From assembly GCA_964016885.1 (NCBI GenBank), contig OZ024742.1, positions 253,084,001-253,148,000 on the forward strand: a stretch of 64,000 nt of DNA, in the 5' to 3' direction. Position numbers and translations under genes: made by a program. Below the pieces are notes generated by a model. It did no database searches and had not been told where the DNA came from. It worked only from the letters and a program-made list of their open reading frames with translations. Below are positions 13,907 to 27,344 of the stretch, piece by piece. How positions within the stretch are numbered: the first letter of the stretch is position 1; the number at the start of each line of letters is the position of its first letter. Source of the DNA: Eledone cirrhosa. Its lineage: Eukaryota.

Positions 13907-15311
13907 CAAAAGTGTTCCTTACATTGCTCGGAAAGTATTTTGGGGGTTAAGTTCACGTCATAATTCATTCTTCGCAAAAAAAGCGTGTTTTGAATTTGCA
14001 GTAGGTCAAGGGAGGTAACTCTGGCCGGTGTTAGGGCAGTCTTTCCCGGACACATTTTTTATCCGTTACAAGATGTGGCTACAACCTTACCATTGTCGAT
14101 ACGCACAGGGTCAGGTAATCAACGCTTATTTTGAGACGTTTGTTTTTCCCGCACCTGCTCCCCTGGGTCGTTTGAGGCTGGGTCTGGGATGCATGGTTAG
14201 TTTCCTGGGTGTTTTTTTTGCAGCGCCTGCCCGCCGGGGTGTTAAAGCTTGTTGCAGGAAGACCCGGTACACGGTTTCACTCATCATCCTTAACCCATAT
14301 GAAGAAGGATATTTTAAAGCGATGTGTACAACTTATCGTCGTTTTCAGCTCTGCCGTTGATGAGCTCGTGGGATGCAGTTATGATGTGGTAGAGCTCCAT
14401 GAGGCAAAGATCGCACTGTAACTAGCCACAATAGCGTTAAACATTATATAGGTGCTACCTCCGGCCCATTCAAAATTAGATTTCGAACACATCTCCACTC
14501 TTTCACAAATAAGAAATTAAGACACTCCACTTCGCTCGAGGACTACATCACATCATTAAAAGACTTAAACATCAGCTTCTCCACGCACTGGGATATTGTC
14601 GGCAGGGCTGCACCGTACATACTTTATAATATATTGCTCTGATTATTTAATTTATTAATTCATCATTGAGCCACATCGTGAATGGTTGCCAAAACATACA
14701 TATCTGTGACTTTGTCTAATTTGTGTATATGTAAATTTTATATTTGATAATCTCCCATAAGGTTGAGATGCAATTTGGTCAATATTGGACTGCGCTTTCT
14801 AGCAACCAGCCCACTCGTCGTAAGCCACCAATCACATTCTTTCTGACTTGACCACTGCCACGTCACAGTTCTTAGCCATTTTGAATTCGTTTCTGGCGGG
14901 GATCACTTAAGAATATTCTTTGTCCAAATGAGTTTGTTTCCTGATGGGTTCGAAGCTCGAGATTTCATCCTTGATAGGATATTTCCGAAAGCGAACGAAA
15001 CGCTAAGGGTAGAAACGTAATCCTAGTATGTGTATATGGATTTTTTTCTTCTAACCTTAATTTTATAGCTAATTGTATATGGTTGACAGTATATTTAATC
15101 GATTTCCACGTGCTATTGAAATGTTGGGTAAATATTCTATAGCGGTTGATCGCGAATAAATTGCTGTCGTTTATTTATCTACTATTTCTTCATAGGTACC
15201 TTTTAATCTTATAGCCTGGTTTAATTGATTTTTTATGTGGTTGATTATGTTAATTGGGAGAGGAAATGGTGTATATATATTATCAAATGATTCTATGGAC
15301 ATACTTTATAG

Positions 15312-15342
<31 letters not shown>

Positions 15343-15434
15343 GTATATATATATTTATATATATATGTATATATATATATGTATATATATATTTATATAT
15401 ATATGTATATATATATTTATATATATATGTATTC

Positions 15435-15650
15435 TAGTCGATCGACTTTCGTCAAATCGGACCGAGGAAACTATGTTTCCGTTGGTCTTTCCAATTGCTA
15501 ATACTATCTATCGGTCGCAACTCCAGGTAGAAGGAGCAACGTGAAATAAAGTGTCTTGCTCAAGGACATAACGCATCGCCTGGTTCAGGAATCGAACTCA
15601 CAACCTCACGATTGTGAATCCAATACTCTAACCACTCAGCCACACGCCTT
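15435..15650 (-). mobile_element. tRNA-derived SINE (family B)
   Basis: Minus strand has a tRNA-like head (GGCGTGTGGCTGAGTGGTT...GAGTTCGATTCC) followed by ccttgagcaagacactt. Confidence 0.75.
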
Positions 15651-15808
15651 CACATATATATGTATATATTTATATATATGTATGTATTTATATATATATG
15701 TATATATATATATATGGCAGTATCTGTAAAGCGTTGGACAACATGCTGTGTAGCATATAGTTACAGCCCTTTATGTTCTGAGTTCAAATCCTGTCGAGGT
15801 TAGTTTTG

Positions 15809-15894
<86 letters not shown>

Positions 15895-16199
15895 GTTTAA
15901 CAACGTTCAATGAATTCATCAATGAATAAAGTTTCACAATAGGTTATAAGCATTCTACAGAAGGTTTTCAGGAGTTATTAATATTACTTCAAAATATTAA
16001 TAATATAGCTGAGTATCTCTGAAATTTGTATAATAAAATATATTTGATCACATAAATGTCTATATTTATTAATATTTTGAAGTAATATATATATATATAT
16101 ATATATATATATCATAACAATAATAATAATGTTAATGATAGGAACAACAACAACCATAATAACAATAATAGCAACACACACAACTATGACAATAGATAT

Positions 16200-18310
16200 A
16201 ATGACAACCCTTAGAGAAACTATTCTTCAATCCAGCTGACAAAACATATCAGATGGGTAATATTTATCGTACGAGGTTACCCTTTAATAAAAGGGTTTGT
16301 ATACCACAACAAATAGATGACGAGACAGAGGCACAGTTCACCATAGCTAGAAATAAGATTAGACAAATAATAGACCGATAAACTAAGAGACAAAGCAGAC
16401 CAGAGGTCCAACAACTTGGAAGGAAACCTGTAGAAGGCTTAGTTAGCCTCAAGCAGCACACAAGGGATGGTGAGGTAGTGTGTCTACCCACGGATAAGTC
16501 TGGTAGGATGTCAATAGAGAGCATGCTGAACTACATCAAGGCTATGTAACCCCACATCACCAACACGAGCGAAATTACACAGCAAATACATGACGGGAGA
16601 GAGAAGATCCTCAACGCTCACATGATGATGTGGACCGACATCTTAAAGCCAAGCAGACGCACTGCCAACAACTTCCAGGCATCTAACAATGGCACACCAC
16701 CCTTGTATGGGCTCTGCAAAGACCATAAGACAGTCAACGACCCGACAACAGGACCACCAACAAGACCTGTATGCGGAGCCAATATCGCTAGCAACTACAG
16801 GATCTCCTACTTCCTCTCAATGGTTATACACCCCATAATCAAGATGTCCTAGATGTATGTGACAGTACAGAGGACCTCCTCAGCAGAATCAGTGAGTGCA
16901 ACAAAAACAAAAACCTATCCAACTGCATAATAGGCAGTATGGACGTGGTATCACTATACCCATCCATTAACATTGATTTTGCTGTGGAAAAATGTGTGGA
17001 GATGATCAGTGAGAGTAAGGTGGAGTTCTGCGGCGTCGACACAGATGAACTGGGCCTCCTACTTAGACTTACTTATGACACTGACTACCTAGACAGCCAT
17101 GACCTTAGCCGTTTCTGCCCCAGTAGACCCATAAGAGGTAGACCCCCACCATAACCTCAATGGCAAAAAAAGACTTCCATGGGAAGGTGGATTGGGTGGA
17201 CCAAAGCCATACGGACCCCTCAAAACAACGATCAGTTAAGAAAAATGGTCGCACATGCAATAGGGGCTAGTATTAAAACTACCCTAAAAGGCCACATATT
17301 CAAATCCAATGAGGAGATCTACACCCAAAATGAGGGAGCAGCCATTGGCGTCAGCATAGCTGGTGACGTTGCCAACCTTTTTATGGTATGGTGGGAAAGG
17401 AGACTCAAAGATCTTGATGAGAGCTCCATAGACCTCATCATGTACTCTCGTTATGTAGACGACATTAATATTGTAATAAGGACATCCCCACAAGAGAGTA
17501 CTAACAAGTATGATTTAGAACGTAGCACGATGGAAAGCGTCCAGCAGATAGCTAATTCCATACACCAGAGTATAACTGTAATTATCGACTACCCCTCCAA
17601 ACACCCTAACAATAGAATACCTGTATTAGACAGGGAACTCTGGATTAACACTATAGACGAGAGAGCCCAAATTCTCCACTCACACTACGCTAAACCCATG
17701 GCCTCCAAATACCTGATACTCAAAAATTCAGCAATGTCCAGTAATGCTAAGTTTAATAGACTTGGTACGAGTGATGAAGAACGTGTCCCGCATGTGTGAC
17801 CCAACAGAAATGGAAAGACACATCCAACACTTCATCAACCGCATGTAGTTCTCTGGCTACAACCAAATAGACAGAATCAGAGTATACGAAGGAGCCACGG
17901 AGAAGTATAAGACCCTCATGGAATTGGACATGAAAGGAATTTGTCCATTATACAGGAGCAAATCATGGAATAGCTTAGATAGGACTAAACATAAGATAGA
18001 GAAAGCCACCTCATGGTACGACAACCAGAGATACCAGAGTGTCATGTTTGTGGACGCTACCCCTGGAGAGAAATTAGCTAACCCGTGTAGAAAGGCCCTG
18101 AGAAAGACCCACCTAAAGATTAAGGTGGTAGAAAACGGTAACATAGACAACATAGAAATTAAAATAATATCTAAACATAGAAATGACCCAGCAGATAGGC
18201 AAATCAGAGAGGCCAGTGAAATGGAACTTAGAAGGTCAAAGCTAAACAGAAAAAATGAATGGAATAACAACAACACCCAAACAAACAATACTGACCTAAG
18301 AGAAATATAA
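16200..18310 (+). pseudogene. Decayed PLE RT of a different clade, with most of GIY-YIG deleted
   Basis: PPLYGLCKDHK, PTRPV, SMDVVSLYPSI, GAAIGVSIAGDVANLFMVWW, RYVDD, IPVLD. The C-terminal RQIREA..LNRKNEWN follows KVVE directly, consistent with a deletion near 18140. Confidence 0.8.
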
Positions 18311-18449
18311 ATAAATAAATAAATATATACACAGGCACAATAACATCAAACACATATAAACACACACTAGTAAACTAAGATAGAATACAATAACCAAAAC
18401 ACAGTCACCCAAACGCGAACACACATCAAACACTATACACACACGCAAA

Positions 18450-18642
18450 CGCGGGCGGTGGATTGGCAGTATCAGTAGAGGGTCGGACGCCATGCTTTCC
18501 AGCATAGTTATGTCCCTTTACGATCTGAGTTCAAATCCCGCCGAGGTTGACTTTGCCTTTCATCCTTACGGGGTCGATAAAATAAAGTACCAGTAATGCA
18601 CTGGGTAATTGCTGGCCTTGTGCCTAAAGTAGAAACAATTAT
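18450..18642 (+). mobile_element. SINE family A copy
   Basis: Homology to 118-335. Confidence 0.8.
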
Positions 18643-18676
18643 TAGCACAGCAACAAGTATATAGGAACAACATAAT

Positions 18677-20880
18677 ATGAAGACGTCGCATCTCAGAGTT
18701 GCAACATTTAATGTTGGCACTCTCAGAGGTAGATCTGCTGAAATAGCGGAGATGCTGGAGAGAAGACATGTGGATGTGTGCTGTGTGCAAGAGGTGAGAT
18801 GGAGAGGTGCCTCTGCGAGACTAGTAGTAGGCAAACATCTTAGCTATAAGCTTTTCTGGGTAGGTAAGGATGATGGGTTAGGGGGAGTAGGCATTTTCGT
18901 GGCTGAGAGATGGATCAATAAGACAATAGAGGTAGTTCGAGTTAGTAATCGAATAATTAAGCTTAGATTAGTTGTAGGCAGGAGACTACTGACAATCATC
19001 TCTGCCTATGCTCCCCAAAGCAGGCCTAGGCAAAGAAGAGAAAGACTGCTTTTACGAGCAACTTTTACAAACAACCGAAATGACAGAGGACAGAGACATC
19101 GTTATGCTAGCAGGGGACTTCAATTGTCATGTTGGACAGCTCCAGCAGGGTTACGCTGGGGTACATGGTGGGCACGGTTATGGCTCAAGAAATGAAGAAG
19201 GAGTGAGACTTCTTGAATTTTGTGATGCAAGTACACTGACTATTTGAAACACTAACTTCCAGAAACCTGCCAACCACCTAATAACCTACAAATCTGGCGA
19301 GCACATAAGCCAGATTGACTTCTTACTAGTTAGGCAGCGGGACAGCCAGATAGTGTCTAATACCAAGGCATAGATTAGTCGTTAGTGATATCTCAGTAAG
19401 CAAGAGATGGAATGAGACATACAGGAAGGCGTGGAGAAGAAAGATCTGAAAGCTAAAAGACCTTTCACTAAAATACAAATTTAGGAAAGCCCTTCAAAAA
19501 AGAAGACGATTTAGAGACGTATGACATAGATAATAACTGGAATTTCTTACGTGACAACTTACTGCAGGCTACTGATGAAACTTGTGACTGGAGCAAAGCT
19601 CCAACCAGACAGAGAGTGACCTGGTGGTGGAACAGCACAGTAGATAAGGCCATTAGAAACAAAAGAATAGCATGGTAGGCTTGGAAAAAGGATGGGAGTA
19701 GAGAAGGATATACAGCTGCTAAGAGAGAAGCTAGACGTCAGGTGTGCTTAGCATGCAGGGAGGTTGCGAGTAGGAGGTTTGCCAATGTTCTGCGACGGGA
19801 AGATCAGAGGCATGCGGTGTTCCACATTGTAAAGCAGTGTGTCAATGCAAATCAGGATGTTGCTGGAGATAAATGTGTCCAGAATGATGCCGGTGTACTT
19901 AGTGTCACGAATGATCAGAAAAAGGAGGCCTGGAAATATCATTATGAGAGACTGATGAATGTGGAGAACGAATGGGAGAGAGAGAAATTACCCTCAGTAG
20001 ATCCGACAGAGGGACCAGCTATTGAGGTTAACGAATATAGGGTCCAAGAGGCGATTAAGGAAATGAAAAATGGTAAGCCTGCTGGACCATCGGGGATAGT
20101 TGCTGAGATGCTGAAGGCATTAGGGGACGTAGGCACTAAACTGGTTGCACGCATCATCAATCAGGTTATATATGGTGGTGTCATACCCAAAGACTGGTAT
20201 GGCAGTATTCTCATAAATTGCTACAAAGGTAAAGGGGGTGATCCGGAGAGGAGCAATTATAGGGGTATAAAACTGATGGATCAGGTTATGAAAGTGGCAG
20301 AAAGGATATTAGCACAACTAATTAGAGAAAGGGTCAAACTAGATGAGATGCAGTTTGGTTTTGTGCCTGGGAAGAGTACAACAGATGCCCTCTTCTTGGT
20401 GAGACAATTACAAGAGAGGTCTTAGAGAAAAATAAGCCACAATACTTAGCCTTTGTTGACCTTGAGAAGGCCTTTTATAGGGTACCCCGATCTGTCATCT
20501 GGTGGTCCCTAAGGAAACTAGGTGTTGAGGAATGGCTTGTGAAGACTGCAAACTTTGTACAGAGGTACTGTCAGTAAAGTCAGGGTAGGAATGGAGTTTA
20601 GTGAGGAATTCCAGATACAAGTAGGAGTACATCAAGGTTCGGTCCTCAACCCGCTCTCGTTCATTATAGTCCTCCAAGCCATAACAGAGGAGTTTAAGAC
20701 TGGCTGTCCATGGGAACTTTTCTATGCTGACGATCTGGTTCTTAGAGTAGAATCAGTAGAGGAGCTAGAGAATAAATTCTGGCTATGAAAATAGCAGTTG
20801 GAAGCAAGAGGGCTGAGAGGGAACCTAGCTAAGACAAAAGTGTTGATGAGTAGAAAAGAGGACAACACTCTGATTCCGTC
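18677..20880 (+). mobile_element. RTE-clade LINE (APE + RT), decayed and 3'-truncated
   Basis: VATFNVGTL, CVQEVRW, SAYAPQ, GDFN, NYRGIKL, QFGFVPG, VGVHQGS, YADDL; several stops and frameshifts. Confidence 0.9.
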
Positions 20881-21018
20881 AGGCATATTCTTAATTATGG
20901 TTCAGTGGTGAATCTTATTACTCTGGAGTTTCACTTGTGCATCTACAAGATTATCAGACAGCCTTTTTTTGATGACCCTGTAAGTGCACAGAGATAGACT
21001 ACATACATACGTACATAC

Positions 21019-21290
21019 ATCATCATCATCATCATCATCGTATAACGTCCATCTACCATGCTAGAATGGGTTGGAGGGGTTTGTCCCACTTGCGGCAAGA
21101 TTGGTCGGGTGACTGTGTCTCGCTCGTACAGAACTGTTTCTGGCAGGTTTTCTACGGCTAGATGCCCTTCCTAACACCAACCACATTTACAGTGTAGACT
21201 GGGAGCCTTTTTACTGTGTCTCCTACATAACCACTTTACAGTGTGGACTGGGTACTTTTTGTCATGTCACCTACATGACCACTTTACAGT
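21019..21290 (-). mobile_element. (ATG)n-tailed SINE/RTE 3' end
   Basis: (CAT)n tail and reverse aggaagggcatc motif shared with 27720-28003, 35085-35465 and 46845-47260. Confidence 0.7.
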
Positions 21291-22221
21291 GGACAGAAGT
21301 AGGAGGATGGACAGAAGTGGGAGGATGCAGACAGATAAATAAATAGATAGATAGATAGATAGATTGATAGATACATAATGAAAAATGTAAGAAATCAGTT
21401 AATTTATAGTCAAAGATTTAGCAGAGACTGAAATGATGGAGAGAAAAGGAAAATGATAAATTAAGAAAAAAGCATCAAAGACAAACACAACAACAACATA
21501 AAGAACAACAATGACAACAACACAAAACAGAAGAAGAAGAAGAAGAAGAACAACAACAATAACATCAATGACAACAATAACAAAGCAGAAGCACGGAAGA
21601 CAAGAATTCGTGATTTTTCATAGAACGTTATGGAAGATTTAATCTGCTGTCCTTCGGTGCCGCGGGTTCAAATATGAAGAATTTCTATGTTAAAGAGATT
21701 TGTATGAGAGTTATATGTATTCTTGTCTTTGTGCTTTATTTGCTTTTAGCACAGAAGACACATGATGATGATGAAAAGGATAATGATGATCATGATGATG
21801 ATGTAGATGATCCCTATCATCATCATCTTCATCATCATTATCATCGCCCTCATTATCATCATCACCTTCATTATCATCATCATCCTCACCCTCATCCTCA
21901 CCATCATCAGCATCATCAGCATCATCACTCTCATCATCATCCTCACCCTCATCATCATCATCCTTCTCATCACCCTCATCATCATCCTTTCTACATCTGT
22001 TTTTCCATACTTGCATGGGTTGGGCAGGTCTTTTCCAGCACAGACCCCTCTCCTCCACACATTGAATTCCTTTGTCATCACCTCTGTGAGTTTCAGCATT
22101 TTGAGATTATCATGTATGTATGTATGTGTATACGTATGTATGTATGTATGTATGTATGTATGTATGTATGTATGTATGTATGTATGTATGTATGTATGTA
22201 TGTATGTATGTATGTATGTAT

Positions 22222-24056
22222 TATGGAAGGTTCTCCAGAAACTTGGTTGCCCTGATAAGTTCCTTGCTTTAGTTCTTTAGTTAGGTCTTTCCATGACAAC
22301 ATGAAGGCTTGGGTTAATGTCGGGGGTAACATGTCGGAGCCTATCTCAGTAAAAAATGGAGTGAAACAGGGGGATATTCCAGGACCGACCCTGTTTGCCA
22401 TATACTTTGCAATGGTTTTCTGTATTGCATTCAGGAATTGCGAGCATGGTGTTTACATCCGATATCGAACCTCAGGCATCATATTTAACATCAGGCGCTT
22501 TGCTGCGAAGACAAAAGTATTTACATCAATCATAAGAGACCTCTTGTATGCAGATGATTGCGATCTTGTAGCGCACACAGAGAGTGATATGCAGCACATT
22601 TTGAATGCATTTTCTGACGCTTGCACTGCCCTAGGTCTGACTGTCAGTCTCAAGAAAACCGTCGTCATGTACCAACCTGCCCCTGGTAAGCAGTACACTG
22701 AACCCAAAATCTATGTGTATGGCAAACGACTTGGAGTGGTTGATCAGTTTGTCTACCTGGGAAGCACTGTCAATCGATACAGCAACCTTGACAGTGAAAT
22801 CTCACTTAGGATTAGGAAAGCAAGTGATGCTTTCGGAAAGCTAGAAAGGCGACTCTGGGGTCGGCGAGACATATGCAGGAGGACAAAGGTAAAGGTGTAC
22901 AAGGCATGTGTGCTCTATTGTCTTCTTTATGCCTGCGAGACCTGGGTCACATATGGACACCACCTTAAGCAATTGGAGCGTTTCCATCAGATGTGTCTCA
23001 GACGGATCCATGGCGTTCACTGGAGGGACCACATCAGTGATGTCGAGATTTTGGAAAGCTCTATGTGTGACAGTATAGAAGCTCTTGTGCTTAAGCAACG
23101 ACTCCGTTGGAGTGGTCACCTTGCCAGGATGAAGGATTCTAGAATACCAAAACAACTCTTTTATGGAGAGTTGGTTAAAGGAAAACGACCGCCACATAAA
23201 CCAAAAAAGAGGTATAAGGATTCCTTGAAAGCCTCTTTAAAAGACGCTAACATCTCTGCTGATACATGGGAAAATATTGCTGCTGATCGTAATAAATGGA
23301 GAAAGACTGTGTATGAGGGAAAAGTTGCCTTTGAGGCATCTCGAATCGCATACGAGAAAGTAAAGCGGGATGTGAGGAAGGGCATTGCTGTTGCACTTCC
23401 AGACGGCGAGGGTCCTCCTATGGTGCTAACATGCAGCGTATGTGCGAGACTCTGCCTAAGCAAAGCTGGACTCGAAAGTCATCTTCGCAGTCATAAAGTA
23501 AGACCAGTGGTTGACTACCAGGCTGCTGTTGGAGATGCTACTCATCATGCTTGCCAAACATGTGGTAGAGAATGTAAACCAGCAGGAGGGCTCAAGCGAC
23601 ATGCAAAAGTACACAAACTCCAACCACAGCCGACTATTCCCAGTGAATGTTTTGGTTGCCGACTCTGTGCAAGACATTTTAGATCATTGGCTGGGCTAAA
23701 AAGCCACATTCGATCGCAGCGCTGTTAGTTGCTATCGTGTGTGTGTGTGTGTGTGTGTAGATATGCTTATGTGTGTGCGTGTGTGTGTATATATATATGT
23801 ATATGTATATTATTATTGTTGTTGTCGTTATTATTATTGTTGTTATTGTTATTATTATTATTATTGTTATTAATGTATGTGTGTGTATATGTGTGTGTGA
23901 GTGTGTGTGTGTATATGTGTATGTATATGTATATATAGATATATTTCTTTTTTTTTTAATTTTAATTTTCTTTTTATTTATTTATTATTATTATTATTAT
24001 TTTTTTCTTTCTCCTCGTGCAATGGCCATACTCGATAACGAGGGGGCAGCCATCAT
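22222..24056 (+). mobile_element. 5'-truncated RTE-like LINE inserted in (ATGT)n
   Basis: Uninterrupted ORF 22301-23728; (ATGT)n on both sides; 3' hairpin CTCG-ATAA-CGAG just before the tail. Confidence 0.88.
22301..23728 (+). CDS. RT C-terminal half + three C2H2-like zinc fingers (5'-truncated)
   Basis: GVKQGD, LYADD, FVYLGS, RLRWSGH, then CSVC..HLRSH, CQTC..HAKVH and CRLC..HIRSQ. Confidence 0.85.
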   Translation: MKAWVNVGGNMSEPISVKNGVKQGDIPGPTLFAIYFAMVFCIAFRNCEHGVYIRYRTSGIIFNIRRFAAKTKVFTSIIRDLLYADDCDLVAHTESDMQHILNAFSDACTALGLTVSLKKTVVMYQPAPGKQYTEPKIYVYGKRLGVVDQFVYLGSTVNRYSNLDSEISLRIRKASDAFGKLERRLWGRRDICRRTKVKVYKACVLYCLLYACETWVTYGHHLKQLERFHQMCLRRIHGVHWRDHISDVEILESSMCDSIEALVLKQRLRWSGHLARMKDSRIPKQLFYGELVKGKRPPHKPKKRYKDSLKASLKDANISADTWENIAADRNKWRKTVYEGKVAFEASRIAYEKVKRDVRKGIAVALPDGEGPPMVLTCSVCARLCLSKAGLESHLRSHKVRPVVDYQAAVGDATHHACQTCGRECKPAGGLKRHAKVHKLQPQPTIPSECFGCRLCARHFRSLAGLKSHIRSQRC

Positions 24057-24120
24057 GTATGTATGTATGTATGTATGTATGTATGTATCTATGTATGTAT
24101 GTATGTATGTATGTATGTAT

Positions 24121-24730
24121 GGTCAGTTGGTGCTACTGGTAACATGTATCCCAGTACAACCTGTCCCATGGTCGGGTCGTTGGCGACTAAACTGGCAAGC
24201 CTACCAAGGTTTCTTGGTGAGGAGGGTGACTTTGGACATCCTGCAGGACTAAAAGCAAAACCTGTCAAAGGGCAAAGGAGCTCTTAAGAGTCAATGGCCA
24301 TCCAAAATCACCGGGAGAGATGACCCCTTAGCCTTTGTCAAGGCAGAATTCTAGGAGAAGGAAAACTCTGATATAACACCTGTAACCCTGATGGTATCCA
24401 ATGATGTTGACTTGTTCTTCTTTTTGGTAAATATCATCTTGGTTAAGAGAGTGGGCCTGGCTTTGTGCAGTGCTTTTGCTCACTATAAAAACTTCACGGC
24501 ACAGGCATTGCTTTATATCTGGAGATCTCTCTGCACTTGTCGTCACATGGTACCATGGGCCCAGCACTATGTGTCAATAATTGTCACGAGTATAGTGTTT
24601 GTACCAGAGTTTTCAAGTCGCTGGCTGGACTAAAAAGTCACACTCGTTCAGCACATCAGTAGGGGTTCTCCTACATGGATATAAAGTAGTGGCCGTACTC
24701 GAAACGAGTTGGCAGCCACCATGTATGTAT
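24121..24730 (+). mobile_element. Internally deleted RTE derivative (5'UTR-like part + 3' end)
   Basis: RTE-type 5'UTR motif ggagaaggaaaactctgat. The 3' part encodes VCTRVFKSLAGLKSHTRS and ends ggccgtactcgaaacgag..ggcagccacc(atgt), like the upstream element. Confidence 0.6.
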
Positions 24731-27344
24731 ACACTCTCTTTCTCTTAATTTTGAGTTTATTTCTGACTGGCCACCTTCCTAGTGACAAGTTTGTAAAGAA
24801 AGGAAATTATCATCATCTTTTGTGTAGGCGTTCATACTTTGAATTGTAATAATATTTTACAAATTTTGAAGGTTCCAGATATCGTGACCATTTGTGGCTT
24901 ATTAGTTAAGGAGTGATGGCAGATAGTAATCACTAATGATGGTGATTATCTTGATTTGTTAAATTTTCCTAATGCTAAAAAAACGTCAATAAAAATTTGA
25001 AAAACTGCAAGAACTTTCTGTCTAACCTAGTATTGTTAATCATCAAGGCTTGCATCTGTGTAATAAACTCTGGTAGCTAGTCACAATAATATTTTAAATT
25101 TTATTTTCCAGTAGTCAAAAGTAAAAATAATTTCTTAGATATGCATTGGTGACATAATGTCTGCTGTATGATTGAAGGAAAATACATGTATAACTATATA
25201 AAAATATGTTAAAATATGTATAAATTATATACAGAAATTTAAGCAATACACAAAGCAGTATACAAAGGGTGTAAAGATTATGAATGTAGATATAAGTATA
25301 ACAGAGGTGAAGTGATTACTCTAATAATCAATTAGTAATTAATAATTACTTATTGTACATTTGTCTTAGATAGGAGACTAAACATAGAAGGTTTTCTCCA
25401 GAAAGGGTGAATGCTAGTCTTGTATTCTGAAGGCCATATGATTCAAAACATATGATCATGCAGGCCCCAATGTTTAAGAAACTCTATAGATAATATGGTA
25501 AGCATTATAAAGATTATGTAGAAAAGGTGCACATTGTCATATAGCCACATAATACATATGTCCAGATTATCATACATAGTTACATGTGCATGCAGACATT
25601 GATATAGGTAGATTTACAACTATGCAAATGTGCACATATGCATGTGCATACACATATACATGCACATATATATCAAATATAGACAGCATGTATATATATA
25701 TAAAATGAGAGGTAGTATTTTCTGTGGAGCTGCCGAAAAAAGAGTGCTGGAAGTGCAGGAGGGGTCTTGCTGAAAGTGAGGGATTAGTGATATCACATCA
25801 GGGTTCGCATACCTGTCGCTTTCTCTTTTTCATCTGGACATCGTCTGTTGCAGATGTATTATGGTTGTATGTGAGAGAAGCTCTGTATTTCTTGACTAGA
25901 CATAAATCACATGGATATTGGTGCAGGGACATTCAGTCTGGATTCATGTGGGAACGCAAGGTAGATCTTTTGCTTCCTCAACACACTTTCAAAGTTATAA
26001 GGTGATATAAGTATTTTAATAATTTCTATATTTGTAAGATTCTTACGATGTAATGGGAGATTTCATGAAGGTTTGTGAAGTTTATGTTACAGCCTGCTTT
26101 ATGCAATTAGAAATATAAAGGTAGGGCAGGCAGCCAGACCATCTGGAATAGTTGTTTAGATGCTAAAAACAGCCAGCTAATATTTCACTGTGTTCATTGA
26201 TTAAACCTATTGTGTACCTCATTATCTCTAAAATTTCTATTGAACATTGAACTACAGGCTGCATTCTCTCTTCCAGTCCAGTAAGGATTAGTAGTTTCAA
26301 TTATTGATTAAATTAATGAAAACTCTATGCTTTTCACTTTAAGATTCTATATAAGCTCTGCAAATGATATAGTTCGCTTCCTGTTAATATTCTTAAAGGA
26401 ATGGGCAATGTTATAGAATCTCCTCTTGTTCCATGTCAATACTAGGTATACCATAATTTCCATAAGGCAATGGTTATTTAGAAGACATTGTGTAGGTGTT
26501 TGACAATTACACTTTCTACTATAGGCATTTTTGGCTGAAGTATTATCTTCTGCATAGTTATTTGGTGTATGTATTATATGATCATTGTCTGATAGGTAGT
26601 ATTGAATTTCAATGGGGTATGGTGAGTTAATTTAGGTATGAGAACTCCCAGAGACAAGATGGCCATCCTTATCCACTGACAGTATCAGTAGAGGGTCGGA
26701 CGCCATGCTTTGCAGCAAAGAGTTACGGCCCTTTATGGTCTGAGTTCAAATCTCGCCGAAGTTAACTTTGCCCATCATCCTTACGGGGTCGATAAAATAA
26801 AGTACCAGTAATACACTGGGATAATTGTTGGCCTTGTGCCAAAAGTAGAAACAATTATATTATTAGTTGAAGATATATTAGTTGCCAGGTTTAGTGAGTT
26901 AGAGTAAACCAATTTCCTTATATGCCTATTAAATATTATGTTTGTTGCATATGGAGGGTTAAACTATGGAATATTTCTCCTGTGTAACAATTTTCATTAC
27001 CTTTAAACTTTATCATAATTCACATTGAATTGTAGTCAGTCACTCATAGAAATATCCACAGAGATACACATGCATATATATACATACATCATCATCATGT
27101 TTGCTTTTTATGTTTGCTTTTCCATTGCATGGGTAGGATAGGTTTTTTTCCAGAATATCTCTCCTCCACTTACAGTGTTCTTTCATCAAATACTCTGTAA
27201 GGTTCAGCAATTTGAGTTCAGCTCTAACCATCAGGCATTTCTCGGTCTTCCTCTACTGCAGATTCCTTCTACTGGCATAACCTGACACTCGTTGGATCTG
27301 TAATAGTAATATACATGAACAGCAAAGCATAAATGAACTAAGTG

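Noticed and set aside
21674-22280. His-, Asp- or Met-rich ORFs
   Set aside because: (CAT)n and (ATGT)n repeats.
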